A stretch of 64,000 bases of DNA, from NCBI GenBank assembly GCA_030141605.1, contig JAQGDQ010000831.1:26710-90709 (forward strand), read 5' to 3'. The translations under genes and the position numbers were made by a program. The notes beneath the pieces are model-generated. The model worked only from the letters and a program-made list of their open reading frames with translations. It had not been told where the DNA came from and did not search any database. This stretch comes from Tubiluchus corallicola (taxonomy: Eukaryota; Animalia; Priapulida). Shown in pieces: positions 41,729 through 55,461 of this stretch (within the stretch, counting starts at the first letter, position 1; each line of letters opens with the position of its first letter).

Positions 41729-44700
41729 ATTTGCAAAAACAGAGCAGCAAAAAGCGCAAGTCCTCGGATGTTGATTTCGAAGCAGACGGTCCGTCTTCGA
41801 AAAAGAAAAAGATATCGTTTGGCCCTAACCTTAGTCCGGAGCAGTTCGATAGAGCCTTGCCGCCTTCTACGCCCCTGCGTAAAGGTGCGGTGCCCGACCG
41901 GAGAAAATCCGTACCCGTCCCTCAACCTCTTACTCCGATTATCAAAAAACAGAAACGCCGGAGTGCAGTGGGTGTAAAGAATGTTGTCAGTAGAGTGACT
42001 GAAAACTTCCAAGATGGCGGTGCCACAGAACAGGCACATTCACCAACATCTGCTTCTCCAAAACAAAAGAAAGCATCACCTACAGCAAAGACGTCTGTTA
42101 GCAAGTCACCTCTTACCTTGGTTTTAGAACACAGAAGTCCAAAGTCTGTGAATTCTAAAGCCTTGAAGCTTAAATCACCGGAGAACGTTACCCCAAACAG
42201 AAAACTGTCAGCTGGTGGAAAAAGTGTCGCTCGGGATGATGGTACGTCGCCTTTTGCCAAAGTAAAATCGCCCGCAAAGGGGTCTCCAAGATTTGAAAAA
42301 GGTTCGCCTAAATTTGCACAGTCTAAGACACCATCGCCAGGCCCAAAATCTTTGAAAGCTGTTGGCACATCGCCAAGTCCAGATGCGGTCATGGCCAGAA
42401 CTCCAAAATCAGTAAAATCGAAAGGTTCTCCAAAACTTGTGAAGTCTCCGCCGAGCCGGGATGCTTCTGCTGTCAAGACGCCAAAATTGAAAGGTTCTCC
42501 AAAACTTCCAAAGTCTCCGCCAAGTCGAGATGCTTCTGCCATCACGTCGCCGAAATCTGTGAAATCGAAAGGTTCTCCAAAACTTGCCGAAGGAGGTAGT
42601 CCGAAACTTACAAAGTCTCCGCCAGGGCCAAATGTAGTCACGGCCAAGACTCCAAGATCGCCAAAACCAAAAGGCACTCCAAAAATTGCAAAGTCTCCTA
42701 AGTCACCTGCTAAGACAATTTCACCAGGTGGCAAGAGTCCAAAATCTGTCTCTCCTGCAGCAAAGAAAGCAAAGACTTTGAGTCCACAAATTGCTAACCT
42801 GGCTTCTACACCAGCATTTAAGTCCAAAGCTGGTTCGCCTAAACTTAAAACTTTTACACCGCCACAATCAAAGAAAGTCAAATCTCCTACATCGGTTAAA
42901 TCACCGAAAGTAAAAAGCATGGAGAAGTCTCCAGAATTTTTAGCTTTTATGCCCGAGCTTTCCACGCCGCAAACCGATTCGCCAGAATTTGTAAAATTGC
43001 CAAAACGTGCTATACAGAAAACGCCTCGTGGCAAGTCTGTCAAGATCAAGACGCCAAAAGCTAAATCTTTAACGCCGTCGCAGAAACACCCAGGTAGCGC
43101 CAGAAAAGTAGACGAGCTTGTCTTATGCACACCTGACACGTCGCAAGACGAGGTAGACATTGCCGCATCCGCCACAAAGAGCAAAACAAAGGCAAGTGCA
43201 CAAAAGGTGAAGACCAAAATGAAAACGCCAAGATCCTCGAAGAAGAACCTTACCTCTAAAAAGACGAAGCTGAGTATCAAAAAGGGGAAAACGCCCCGAA
43301 AGACGCCCAAACATCCTAAATCGTGGGCTGACGTTGTAAAGAAGGGAATCGCTGTTACGGGTGTGCAAAAACCAATTAGCAAACGAAAGCAAAAGTCGGC
43401 GTTGAAGGTGCTCAAAAAGGCTAAAAAGCGGGGAGTATTGCAGGCGGAAGTGGTAAAATATGCTAAAGGCAAAAGAGCCAAATTGCCCGATTCGAACAGC
43501 ACCGGTCATGTCGTTTCACCAGCAACGATAATCATACACAAGAAGCTTCACAAAACTCCAAAAATCTATCGGAAAGGGAGGAAAGGGCTCGCAAACGTTG
43601 CACAATCCCCAGAAAATGTTAGTTTTACCGGCATTGCGACTATGCTGCAGACCCCCGTGAAAGGAAAGCAGACGGCAGCAGATGTGGATTTGGGGAAAAT
43701 GAAAATGAAAACACCAACTGCTCTAGTTGACTTAAAAACTCAAGGTTCAGCTAAGAAGCGGATTCCGAAAGGACATGTTGACATGTCTCCGGAGACTATC
43801 GTGTTGCAAACTCCACATGGTGGGCCATCACAGGTAGCTTTGCACACACCAAAGAGTGTTAAGTCTAAACGTGTGAGCATGACAAAGAGTACCAAGAAAA
43901 TAAAGACACCAAAGTCAACAACTAAAAAAACTCCCAAAAGTATCAGCATGCTTCCGTCTTCTCCATCTTTGTCTGCAAAAAAGAAGACACCAAAATCTAG
44001 TAAGAACTCTCAGTTGCCTGAAAAAATGTCTTCACCTGCTTTTCCAGTTATAGTGGACTTGCAGACTCCTAAGTCTACAGAAATGCTTAAAACAACTTCG
44101 CCATTGTCAGTCTCACACAGTCGAACACCTAAATCTAGCAAAAAAGCCAAATCACCTGCAAATGTAACACCAAAATCTGCTAAAAAGCTTAAAACCCTGG
44201 CCAAGGTAACACCAAAATCTAAAACACCCAAATCTGCTAAAAAGTCTAAAACACCGGCTAATGTAACTCCGAAATCTGAAACACCCAAATCTGCTAAAAA
44301 GTCTAAAACACCGGCTAACGTAACTCCGAAATCCAAAACACCCAAATCTGCTAAAAAGTTTAAAACACCGGCTAACGTAACTCCGAAATCCAAAACACCC
44401 AAATCTGCTAAAAAGTCTAAAACACCGGCTAACGTAACTCCGAAATCTGAAACACCCAAATCTGCTAAAACACCGACTGATATACCACCATTGATGTTAA
44501 CTCCGGAAGGCGAAATACCTGAATCTGGTAGGAAGACAAAATCCACACCTTCTTTGACAACAAAGGCAAAAACGCTCAGCTCTAAGAAGAAGCAAGCGAA
44601 GACACCTGTAACGTCGCAAGTCACATTCTCAGCTGCCAAAATATCTTCAAAAGCAAAATCATTACAAAGTCCCAGGTTGGCTGGCGTTAAGAATCTATTG

Positions 44701-46450
44701 AAATCGCCTAATGTTGTTTCCAGTCCTCAACTCTCCGGGGTGAAGGCGATGATGCGTTCTCCTAAGGCCAGCAGAAGTCCTCGGGTGGCTGGCGTCAAAG
44801 AACTTCTGAAAACGCCAAAAGCTAGTGCTAGTCCGAAAGTTTCTGGCATAAAAAGAATCGTGGCGTCGCCTACAAGTCCAAGAAGTCCCAAACTTTTGGG
44901 AGTAAAGGAAACGATGAAGGTGCAGAAGAGTCCTCAAAGTCCTAAACTGTCTGGCATAAAAAAGCTGATGCAGGGACAGAAAAGTCCCAAAAGCCCAAAA
45001 TTGGCGGGCATAAAGAAAATGATGAAGACTCCGAAGAGTGTCCCGAGTCCCAAAATGTCCGGCATAAAGAGAATGGTGCAGTCACCCAAAGCTGTGCAAA
45101 GTCCGGAGTTGTCTGGCATTAAGCACTTGTTTACGAAGCCTAAAGAAACCCCCGAGATTGATTTAACCGGATTAGCTGAACTAGTTGCATTACCTGTAAC
45201 AGAGTCACCTGGCAAGGAAGTTGTCGTTCAGAAAAAAGGCAGTCCCAAGAAGCGGGCGACAGCAAAAACTGCAAAACTTACTAGAACCGAAAAACCTTCA
45301 AAAACTGTGCGTTTCGACACGTCAACTACCAGCACAGATGAGGCGACACCTATTAAATCCGCAAGAAAAACTCGAAGCAAGGAACAGACAGTCAGCCCTC
45401 CGAAAGGAAAGCCACAGAAAGCAAAGAGGAGTCGTGGTTCTCCTTCCAATGAAGCCACCTCTGAGTTGTCACAAGTAGCGCCCGCTACAAATGACCTTTC
45501 TTTCAAAGTTTCGACATCTTCTGAAGTTTCTCCACTTGCAAAGAAAGCTAATACACGCAGAACTGCTAAAAAGGTCACTTCTCCCGCTAAAAAATTGTTG
45601 GATGAAGAAACCAGCACACAGCGTAGTTCTAAACGTGGTAAAAAGTCTGCTTCATTATCAGATGAAAATTTACCGTCAAAATCCACCCGCGGTAAAAAGT
45701 CAACAAGCTCTTCTTCTGAAGAAGCTGATTTGCCCGTATCAAATAAAGCGAAAAGTCCAGCTAAGCCAAAACGTGGCAGAAAAGCTGCTATTGCCTTACC
45801 AGAGGAAGCTATTGCAGTCGTGGGTACACCTGAAATATCTGTAAAAGGGCGACGGAGTAAGAAAGTTGTTGGACGCCTGATGTAGCAGAGGAAACAGCTG
45901 CTAAATCAAGACGAGGTAAAAAAGCCGCTACCTTGGCAACTGTAGAATCAGCCACATTGCCTACATCACCTGCGAAGCCAAAACGAGGCAGAAGGGGTGC
46001 CGCAATATCATCCGACGAATCGATTATGTCCCCGCCTAGTAAGTTGCCGCCACCTGCGAGATCAAAACGGGGTAGAAAAGTTACAGCGGTATCATCCGAA
46101 GAAGCGATTGCGACACCGCAGAGTAAGTTGGTCTCGACGACGAAATCCAAACGTGGTAGAAAAGGTGCTGCATCATCGTCGAATGAATCGAACGATTCTG
46201 TTTTCGCCGAAGCGCAGGGTTTACCAAGGTCTAAACATGGCAGACAGCCGTCCGAGGACGTTGCGAGCGCAACCGGCAAATCCCAGACTGTCGTTGCGAA
46301 GCCAAACAAACAGCTTGCTGATGACGAGCCGCAGGTGGTCAAACGTGAGTCCCCTGCTACGACGCGACGGAAAAAGGCTGCGAAGACAAAGTCCAAAGGC
46401 TCTCCAATAACTGATACTGAGCAGAAAGTGCCACTTTCAAAGGCTAAAAG
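41729..46450 (+). CDS. MKI67: Ki-67-like protein, giant coding exon 5 (PP1-binding motif, CD motif, S/TPK repeats) with an apparent frameshift near 45870
   Basis: KKISFGPNLSPEQFDRALPPSTPLRKG (PP1 RVxF region), SWADVVK, STGHVVSPATIII and LSGIKKLMKTP-type repeats. The frame stops at 45885, but the same composition continues in another frame to the donor AAAAG|GTAATT. Confidence 0.88.
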
Positions 46451-46893
46451 GTAATTGCTTTCATTAATAGTTCATTAAATGTTTTTTTTTGTTTCGTCTG
46501 TGCATTGTTTCGTGCTTTTATGCAAGAATCTAGAAAATTGTAAATGCTCACAGTAAAGTTATTGTTGCAAATGCAATTTTTTGTAGCGTCTCTGAGATTT
46601 GTGACTCGTTCAGACTAGTGAATTTTCTATTTCGCGAGTTTTCTGCCCTACAGCAAACTTGTAAATGTGAACTGCTTTGCGTGTTACTGTCAGCGGTTAT
46701 TACAAATTCTTCAACCGTTGCTGCAAGTTCTTTTCCTGAGAGTTACTGTCTAGTTTGAACTCTCCTGCAAGTTACTCTTCACACTTCTCACCATGATAGA
46801 GAACAGAACATCAGCTCGCTCTTACTATCGGAGAGTAACTTGCCACAAGCCTTGCTCTCTACTTAGAACACGCGAGTTACTCGGCATAAAAGC

Positions 46894-47406
46894 CAGGGAT
46901 GAGAATTTTCCCCGGATACGCGGAATTTCGAGTTTTTGGAAGACCAGTAGTGCCATTTTTGTAAATCGCGTAAATTCGTTGAGAACATTTTTACGGACAC
47001 AGTACATTATTTCACAAGCTGACCGCTAGTTGGCAGGCCGTCACTTTGTTTACATCACGTACATCAGTGTAACCACGTGTATATCTCTATGTATAAAAAT
47101 GTAGAATCAATTGTGCGGAGTTATTTGAATCAATTGCAGACAGTTTTTATATACTTTTGCATAGCAGCGGCCAGTACTTAGACGTTTTTGAGACAATTAG
47201 GTATCATGTATCCTTGATAGTTGGGTATTTTAAATTATGCATGAAACAAGGTAATTGATATTTTAAGTCCTCTTAGTCATAAAATTGCATATTTGTTGCT
47301 GGCTCCAAGGGGGCTTCGTCTGCCTTGAACCCCCATGGGAGCCTACGCGGCCCCCAAACCCCCGGCCTGTTTCAGAGTTTTTTGCAATTTGTCATTCTCA
47401 TCCCTG
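46894..47406 (+). mobile_element. MITE family B
   Basis: TIRs CAGGGATGAGAA/TTCTCATCCCTG; flanks ATAAAAGC/ATAAAAAC. Confidence 0.9.
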
Positions 47407-47496
47407 ATAAAAACTCCCTAGATGTTAGAACGTGAGTTGCGCCCTGGATTGCACTTCCACGTCAGTTAACTTACTGTCACTTTACTGATTGTTCAG

Positions 47497-47709
47497 GGGA
47501 AAGACGACGGCTGCGACTACGGTTCTGCCAAGTCCGGTGAAGACGGAGACCAAGACGACTCGACGGGGCAGGAAGAACGCTACGTCGTCGTCGCCCGTCG
47601 TAAAGACCGAAAAGCCAGTCGGTAAAAGGGCAGCGAAAAGGAAAGCCAGCGACGAAGTTTTCATCACTTCTCCCGTTAAAAAGGAAAAACTTGATGTGAA
47701 ACCTGCAAG
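47497..47709 (+). CDS. MKI67: Ki-67-like protein, coding exon 6
   Basis: TTCAG| GKTTAATTVLPSPVKTETKTTRRGRK... CAAG|GTAGGC; phase 2/2. Confidence 0.8.
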
Positions 47710-48448
47710 GTAGGCTGTACCCGATAGGGAAAATACAGGCTATCCTGGAAAGTCAGGGAAGAAGATTATTTGGTAAAAAGTCAGGAAAAATGATGAAAAT
47801 AGGGCGAAAAGTCGGGAGAATTGGAAAGGGTTGCAAAAATAATCACCATGAACGGATATCCTTCCAAACGTTTTTCCAATAAAGTTTTACTGGCAGGCTC
47901 CCAGTTTCGATTTCTGTTCCAAAAATAACGATTGGCCGACACATTACATATCAGTATGTGTATGAATGTCCGTACACAAAAATGTTTGAATATGTATACT
48001 GGTAATGCAATTTCTGCTTGTCTTGGTCATGGAAAATCAACATTTGGTCAGGGAAAAGTCAGAGAAATTTATATAAAAATTCTGTTGGAACAATGTTTTG
48101 AAGTGCTGTATAATTTTGCTGTACACACTTCCATTGAAGTCTCTTGATCTCATATTATATGCTAAATTGCTGCATTGAAATTACATTGAGCCGCAAACGA
48201 ATAGCGTTTACTCTAACAACGTGGCTCAACTCTGTATATAAAATTGAGTAATTACTAGTTTTTTAGTTAGATTTACTGTTACGAAACATCCGATCAAGCC
48301 AGTTAGATTTACTGTTACGGAACATTCGATCAAGCCTTTACTATGCACATGCCCATGTCTTCATCGTGCTCTTGTAACGACGTATAAAAATTTTAAGCAA
48401 GTTCTGAATCAACTAGTCGTGTTATCGTTCGCATTTGAAATATTGCAG

Positions 48449-48696
48449 GGCCACGAGGAAGAAGCAGACTGCTGTTCAGGCTGATAAAGATTTGGAAAAG
48501 GCAAAAAGGTCTGCTAAAGGCAAGTCTGCAGAGGAGAAGAGCACGCCAGCTACACCAACAGCAACGAAACGGGGTGGTCGCAAGACTGCAGCGGAGAAGA
48601 GTGCGCCGGCTGCGCCAGCAACGAAACGGGGTGGTCGCAAGGCCGCAGCAACGAAAGCAACCACGTCACCAGTTCAGGAAGCTAAAGGGAAAAAGG
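48449..48696 (+). CDS. MKI67: Ki-67-like protein, coding exon 7
   Basis: TGCAG| ATRKKQ...KRGGRK (twice)... AAGG|GTAAGT; phase 2/1. Confidence 0.8.
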
Positions 48697-49403
48697 GTAA
48701 GTGAAGAAGTTTCAGTTCCGCTGTTACTCGAACATTAAATTTCACGGCAGCTTTATTTTGGTAAAAGAGCAACCATTTTCCAAAAGCTCCTGTGGGAAAA
48801 AGTACTTCCAGTTTCTTTGCCTATCTACCTGCACGTTGTATACTGTCCATTGTTCATGATGTGTTATTTCTATGGCAACAGCAGTTTTGTTTTGTTAGTA
48901 AACAAGTGTGTCGTCTGTGGCATTCAAATGAATTTAAAATTCACGTTTTTGCATTGTGTACTTATTAAATACTCTGACTGTAAGCTAAGTTTGAAGATAC
49001 TCGAAAGTATCATATAGACTATCTGGTATTAAAAGTAATAAATGTTTTGTTAATTAACATTATTGATGGCAACATACCGACTGAAGACATGATGAGTAGG
49101 CCTGTAATGATACATCGCCATGCGTCACGCATCGTGATGTCTTTTATTATGATATGCTTATAGTCGAAGCCCAGCCGTGTCGTGATAATCTGAGTCAATG
49201 ATGTTTAACAAATTAGCAGATGCTTAACCGTATGCTGATAAAAGTATTTGGCATTGATTCAAGCTGCTCTTGTAGAGTGTATTGTAAATACCTCTCAATC
49301 TGTGCAGTGAACAGTACTTGACTTGACACAGGCACTGCTAGTAGCTATTGAAAATGCAAGGTGTTTAATCTGTAGTAGGCTAATTACCTTGTTTACCTAT
49401 AAG

Positions 49404-49910
49404 AAGGGATGAGAATTTTCCGCGGATATGCGGAATTCCGAGTTTTTTGGAAGACCAGTAGTGCCATTTTTGTAAATTGCTTGAATTCGTTGAGAAAATT
49501 TTTACGGACCCAGTACATTATTTCACAAGCTGACCGCTAGGTGGCAGGCCGTCACTTTGTTTACATCACGTACATCAGTGTAACCACGTGTAGATCTCTA
49601 TGTATAAAAATATAGAATCAATTGTGCGGAGTTATTTGACTCAATTGCAGACAGTTTTTATATACTTTTGCATAGGAGCGGCCAGTACTTAGGCATTTTT
49701 GAGACAATTAGGTATCATGTATCCTTGATAGTTGGGTATTTGAAATTATGCATGAAACAAGGTAACTGATATTTTAAGTCCACTTAGAGACTCTCTATGA
49801 TCACAAAATAGCAATTTGTCACTGGCTCCAAGGGGACTTTGCCCCTCAGCCCCATTAGGGGCCTAAGCAGCCTGTTTCAGAGTATTTGCAATTTGTCATT
49901 CTCATCCCTG
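49404..49910 (+). mobile_element. MITE family B
   Basis: (A)AGGGATGAGAA...TTCTCATCCCTG, flanked by TATAAG on both sides. Confidence 0.88.
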
Positions 49911-50208
49911 TATAAGCTTGTGAAATGGCAAAAGGGAATCAAAAAATGCATAAAGCAACGTCTAAAGCTAAAGTATTGGTACGTTTTTCCTCTCTTGTGG
50001 CTTGTAAACACGTTACACAAGTAATAAATAAAAATTAAACAGTCATTCGAGCTTGTTTCTCAGTGCAGTGGATAAGAATATTCACACGTGTACTACCACT
50101 TGTGATGCCATTGATAGAGAAGTAGCAAATGCCAGAAAAGTGCATTAAAATGTCAACACTTTTCCTCTCGGTTTGATTTTGCAAGTTAAAAGATCTCTTT
50201 TGTTGCAG

Positions 50209-50366
50209 CTGCTGGTAAAAAGGCGCCGTCTCCGGCCAAAAAGCCTTCAAAAACGGCATCGTCGGCTAAAAAGCCTCCACAAATAGCACCGTCGGCGGCT
50301 AAAAAGTCTCCAAAAGCGGCATCACCGGCTGTGCGAACGACACGATCGACGCGGAAAAGGAAATGA
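50209..50366 (+). CDS. MKI67: Ki-67-like protein, last coding exon
   Basis: TGCAG| AAGKKAPSPAKKPSKTASSAKKPPQIAPSAAKKSPKAASPAVRTTRSTRKRK*. The summed CDS is 6117 nt (2038 aa) if one base is restored near 45870. Confidence 0.8.
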
Positions 50367-50986
50367 GCTGCAAAGTACTTCTCTCGTCGTCCGTACATTC
50401 CTTACACGCCACAAATACTTGCAATTTCCGACACATTTTATGCTCGCTTGTATTTTGGATTTGGTTGGCGTGTATTTGTTTTAAAGTGTAAATACTGAAA
50501 CTTAGTCTATTGTACTTAACCCGATCTCTTGTATCAAATACACAAAATCTTTTCTATTGAAATACTATTTACTCACTTATTAGATACTTTTGGAAATAAC
50601 TGATTAGATTTCAATTATTTAGTGGATAATTGCCAGCAGTGTAGGACCGGGTGATTTGTCTCAAATTAACACCAACAGTGAGTTTTCCTATAATTTCCAC
50701 ACGTCTATGCTTACGGCATCAAACAAATATGTATTTTCGGATTTTCGTCTCGGTATTTGTTCACACGAAGTGTATTATGTCACTTGTACACGATCATTCA
50801 AAAGCTGTTGGAAGCAGTTTACCTTTGGAAACTAATCCATCAGTGAACACTCGTGTTCTACTTACTGCATGCGTACAGTGACTCACTGGAAAAAGAAGTC
50901 GAGCAAAAATATGCTTTTACAGAAGTATTGAACCTATCTGGCACTTGATATCATATTACCCATAGTATTAACAGAAGTAACAAGAC

Positions 50987-51660
50987 AGTTACTTTGAAGT
51001 AAGCATTCTTTATTCTGGCATAATAACCAAGTTGCATCAGTTACTTTGAAGATAGCATTCTTTTGTCTGGCATAGTAACCAAGTTGCATCAGTTACTTTG
51101 AAGATAGCATTCTTTTGTCTGGCATAGTAACCAAGTTGCATCAGTTACTTTGAAGATAGCATTCTTTTGTCTGGCATAGTAACCAAGTTGCATCAGTTAC
51201 TTTGAAGATAGCATTCTTTGTCTGGCATAGTAACCAAGTTGCATCAGTTACTTTGAAGATAGCATTATTTTGTCTGGCATAGTAACCAAGTTGCATCAGT
51301 TACTTTGAAGATAGCATTCTTTTGTCTGGCATAGTAACCAAGTTGCATCAGTTACTTTGAAGTTAGCATTCTTTTGTCTGGCATAGTAACCAAGTTGCAT
51401 CAGTTACTTTGAAGTTAGCATTCTTTTGTCTGGCATAGTAACCAAGTTGCATCAGTTACTTTGAAGATAGCATTCTTTTGTCTGGCATAGTAACCAAGTT
51501 GCATCAGTTACTTTGAAGATAGCATTCTTTTGTCTGGCATAGTAACCAAGTTGCATCAGTTACTTTGAAGTTAGCATTCTTTAGTCTGACATAGTAACCA
51601 AGTTGCATCAGTTACTTTGAAGATAGCACTCTTTAGTCTGGCATAGTAACCAAGTTGCAT
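50987..51660. repeat. 52-bp minisatellite, about 13 copies
   Basis: Unit CAGTTACTTTGAAGATAGCATTCTTTTGTCTGGCATAGTAACCAAGTTGCAT, contiguous with no spacers. Confidence 0.96.
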
Positions 51661-52990
51661 ATCGAGCCAATAGCCTTCATACGTATGAGGTTATTTAAAA
51701 TGAATCAGACAAGATTATAAAGCCCCTCAAAAATGAAAATACGATTTCATTTTTCATTAAATTAAAATAACTTAATTACTCGGTCAGAATAAGGAATGCT
51801 CTTTTCAACAATACGTGTTGCATCATTCAACTAAAGAGGCTGGCGCTTCTCGTTTAAATTTGTAGTTGCCCATTTTTAAAGACGACTGCTGCATTTGTAA
51901 ATTAGTCGCGAATGTTGATCGAGCGCATTTAGGATTTATTCTTAGCCGGTAGTAATTTGTGTAATATGTATTATTTGCTGTTTAGAAGACTAATTGTGGA
52001 CAATATGTTGCGTGCTGTGTATATTTATAAATAATAATTTTCTCTTGTAGATTAGCATTTAGTATAATTGCAATATTTTACATAGGACTTTGCATTTTAA
52101 ATACAATTTCTATCAGCATATATTCATGTTAATTACCCTAATTGCAAGTATGTGTGTAATAAAGTTCGCTATTGTTCTTGATTTGACGTTACGCAATGTA
52201 AAACTACGTAGGTAGTTTGGTTATGTTAATGCTTTTAAATGTGCACACAATTTTAACTTCGGGGTTTTTGTCAATGAAAACAATTTGAAACAAATTTATT
52301 TTAAGGTTTAGTTGTATGATGTCTGTAACTGAGTAATACATAATACGTCAGTGGAAACAATTTGAAACAAACTTATTTTAAGGTTTAGTTGTATGATGTC
52401 TGTAACTGAGTAATACATAATAATACATAATGATGTGAAGCGTATGTATTGTTTAGTTTGTTTAATTTCTCTCTCATCATAATAAATACGTTCTACTTTG
52501 TATAACTTTTTTAACTAAGTTGTATTACCGAACTGGTTTGACAAAAGTGTTTACTTACTTTAGCTAATGCCCGTGAACAATTTTCTGTAAAAAAAGTTCA
52601 AAATAGTTGGAAAAGATTGTTTGTAACAAATCTTTTATCCAAATGAAATATTTTCGTGAAAAATGCCAAGATTCGTGCATTGTCTATACAAAACTGCTAA
52701 AACTCCATCACCCGCCATTCGTTGTGCCGTGTGGCTCTCTTTTGCTCAATAGAAAAAGAACTTATGTAAATCACTTTTTCACAGAGATCAAAGTATCTTC
52801 ATTTAACGTAGATTTGTGTAACTGTAGATGGTTTAATAATGTCGTCAGTGTACTTTTTACAGTATTGTTCATCGCTTTAGAAAGCTAGTAAGATGCTAAA
52901 CACTGTTAGCATTGAGATGTGTTAAATGTTTTATTTTACTTTGTTCTGTATTTTACTCAGCATTAAGCAATATAATTGTGTTTATGTGTA

Positions 52991-53517
52991 CAGTGGACTC
53001 TCGTTATAAGAATCACCTCGGGAGAAGGCAAAGTGATTCTTATAACGAGCGATTCTTATAACGAGCATGACCCAGAATTGCTTTAAAAAATTTTATGCAC
53101 GTAAAAATTTTTTATTTCCCGTAATTACGCTAGAAACGACATGAAACAGCATAATGTTTTTCTGGACTAAATAGGACCTAAACATTGCTAGACTAATGTT
53201 TTTATTTCATGGTTGGGTAAATATTTCATGATGCCAGAATTGCCTTAAAAATTTTTTAATGCACATAATTTTTGTCATAAAACAAACAAATTTGAAATCT
53301 CTGTGGTGTCCGCCACGCCCACTGCGCAGAACCATGTAAGCAGGGCGTCAGAGACAATGGAGTTGGCGCCAAAATTGATTCTACTATCGAAAGAAGGGTG
53401 ATTCTTATACGAGCGGATTTTCACTAGGAAAATGCAGATTCAATTCGGGAAACGCGATTTTGATTCTTATATCGAGCTGATTCTTATACGTGTGATTCTT
53501 GTAACGAGAGTCCACTG
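52991..53517. mobile_element. Tigger/pogo-type MITE
   Basis: TIRs CAGTGGACTCTCGTTATAAGAATCAC/GTGATTCTTGTAACGAGAGTCCACTG; TA TSD. Confidence 0.9.
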
Positions 53518-55419
53518 TACATTATTATTTGTGGTGTACCATAATTTTTCAGTAGCATTTCTTACATTTCTCCTAGCTGTGTCAAAGGTGTGTTTCCGTA
53601 TTGTAAGACTCAAGTAGCTAGTTGTAAAGAAATCTTATGATATACAGCTAATTATTCTAATTATTTAAGGTTTGTTAATGACGCTAAATTTTCAAAAGAA
53701 ACTATGTACTTACATAAAACAAGTTCGGCATAACTGTATGCGCTAACTATTATTCCAATCAACACTTTTTTAATGTATTGATTTAGAAATTTTTTAACGG
53801 CCCAAACAGAAAGTCTTTTGTGTAATTACCTTCTGCATAATGTTTTGGAACATCTGCGGGTGGAACCATCGCTTGTTCGTCAAAAATAAAGCGCTGGTAA
53901 TCTGACCTAATTGTTTTGCACAAACAAATGATACCTCTCATGATCATCATCATCATCATCTTTTCTAAATTTTTACCTTTGCCAACAAATTTTGGTTGGT
54001 CAAACACCTGTTGGTCGGGTGCGGGGTGGGTGTAGTATAAAACGCAAACCTCTAGTTTTGGATATACATTGTCGCTGATAGAGAGAGCAAAGTTTTCTAA
54101 TTTTCGAAGCCGCAGGGGCCAGAAATATCATGTCGAACTTCATTCTGCAACGTTCTGTTGGCATTCATATTTGGCGAATGTAATTAAATATGAATTTTTG
54201 GACATGGCATGTCAGTGGAGTGACGCATTTGCAGCTGTTGTTTGCCATGGTGTAATACAGCTGCATGTTGCACGCTGAGCAATCGTCTGCAACCGTAAGC
54301 GAAGCTTAAGTTGCAGCGCCTCTATTTTAAGTCATTTGATTCTGATAGTAAATCACGTGGTGTGAATGGCACTGTGCATAATGTACATCATTTTTATACT
54401 GAGATGTAATATTTACGGATTCGAAATAAAATTGTCCTAATTCTTTATGGTTACGTGTATGTTACTTCTGCAGGCTTCTAGCATTGCGACGTCACTACCA
54501 TTTATTATTAATATATAGAGGTATATCAGTTGAGACTACATGTATGTCGAAAATATGGTATTGGTTAGTAATGGTTCGTGTGCAATGGAAAAGAGTTTCG
54601 CAAATAAACTACTGACAGTATGACAGTGTTAGTTTTTTTTCTACATTGTTTGTGTATGTAGAATTTCTTCGGATAATGTTACCGAGACTTTTTGTTTGTG
54701 TAACTGGCTATTTTTGGGTTATGAAATAAAATAAACAAGCAAAAACTGTTCAACTTCATCAACTAGTTTAACCATATTAACTTCAAGCAAAGTAATAAAT
54801 TTTATGGACGTTTCATTCTTTGCTTCATTTTGGGGGAAAGTATATTATCTAAATTGCTGTTGAAATAGAGTTATGTTCCGGTTCTGCCACAGCAACCAGC
54901 ATCAGTATGCCCTTCATTAAGTACTTGAGCTTGCAGTGTGCAAAGCAGTATTTATATGCATAAAATTTATTTAAAAGATCTAAAAAATGGGAGTCTATGC
55001 GTGCACAATGTTACTGAAGAGTGATGGTGTGAAATCTTTCAAGGGCGTCAAAATTCGATAGAATTCGAACATCAGTAAAAATCATTTATTAAAAATTCTA
55101 GCAATAAATTTACTCATAATAACAAGCAATGGTACTTAGATATACAATGGCAATAGAGTGAATAGACAATTATACTTGTCAATAAAGTTTTGCTGCACAA
55201 GTTGGGGACCTTGACAATCAGTTGTCTTATTTTTGACACACAAACAGTGTCACCTGAATGAGACAAAGCTTTGGTATTGTGGTTTTAATTTTTACTAAAA
55301 ACGGCAATACCCAAGCTGCTCAGCTCACACTAGCAATCTGCCTCTCAAAAATACGTATTCTATTTTCTAGGTCCACCCTGTATTCACCAGCGCTTGTTGC
55401 GCGCGCATAAGCTATTGTG

Positions 55420-55461
55420 ACGCGTGAAAAATGGCGATTGCCATGGGTTTCTTAAAATGTG
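55420..55461 (+). promoter_or_regulatory. Putative first (5' UTR) exon of the UBE4B-like gene, with a YY1-like AAAATGGCG motif
   Basis: CpG-rich patch at 55390-55440, AAAATGGCG at 55428, donor GTG|GTATGT at 55462. Confidence 0.45.

Noticed and set aside
41922-46396. Long antisense ORFs (526, 209 and 195 aa)
   Set aside because: Shadows of the low-complexity Ki-67 exon.
49086-49196. Possible intronic C/D-box snoRNA (GAC-ATGATGA ... CTGA-GTC)
   Set aside because: No rRNA or snRNA complement recognised, and the interior resembles a small MITE end (TAGGCCTGTAATGATACATCG). A snoscan or Infernal run would be needed to revive it.
50987-51660. CRISPR-like regular repeats (also the 72-, 134- and 22-bp arrays)
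   Set aside because: Units are contiguous with no unique spacers, there are no cas genes, and the context is eukaryotic.
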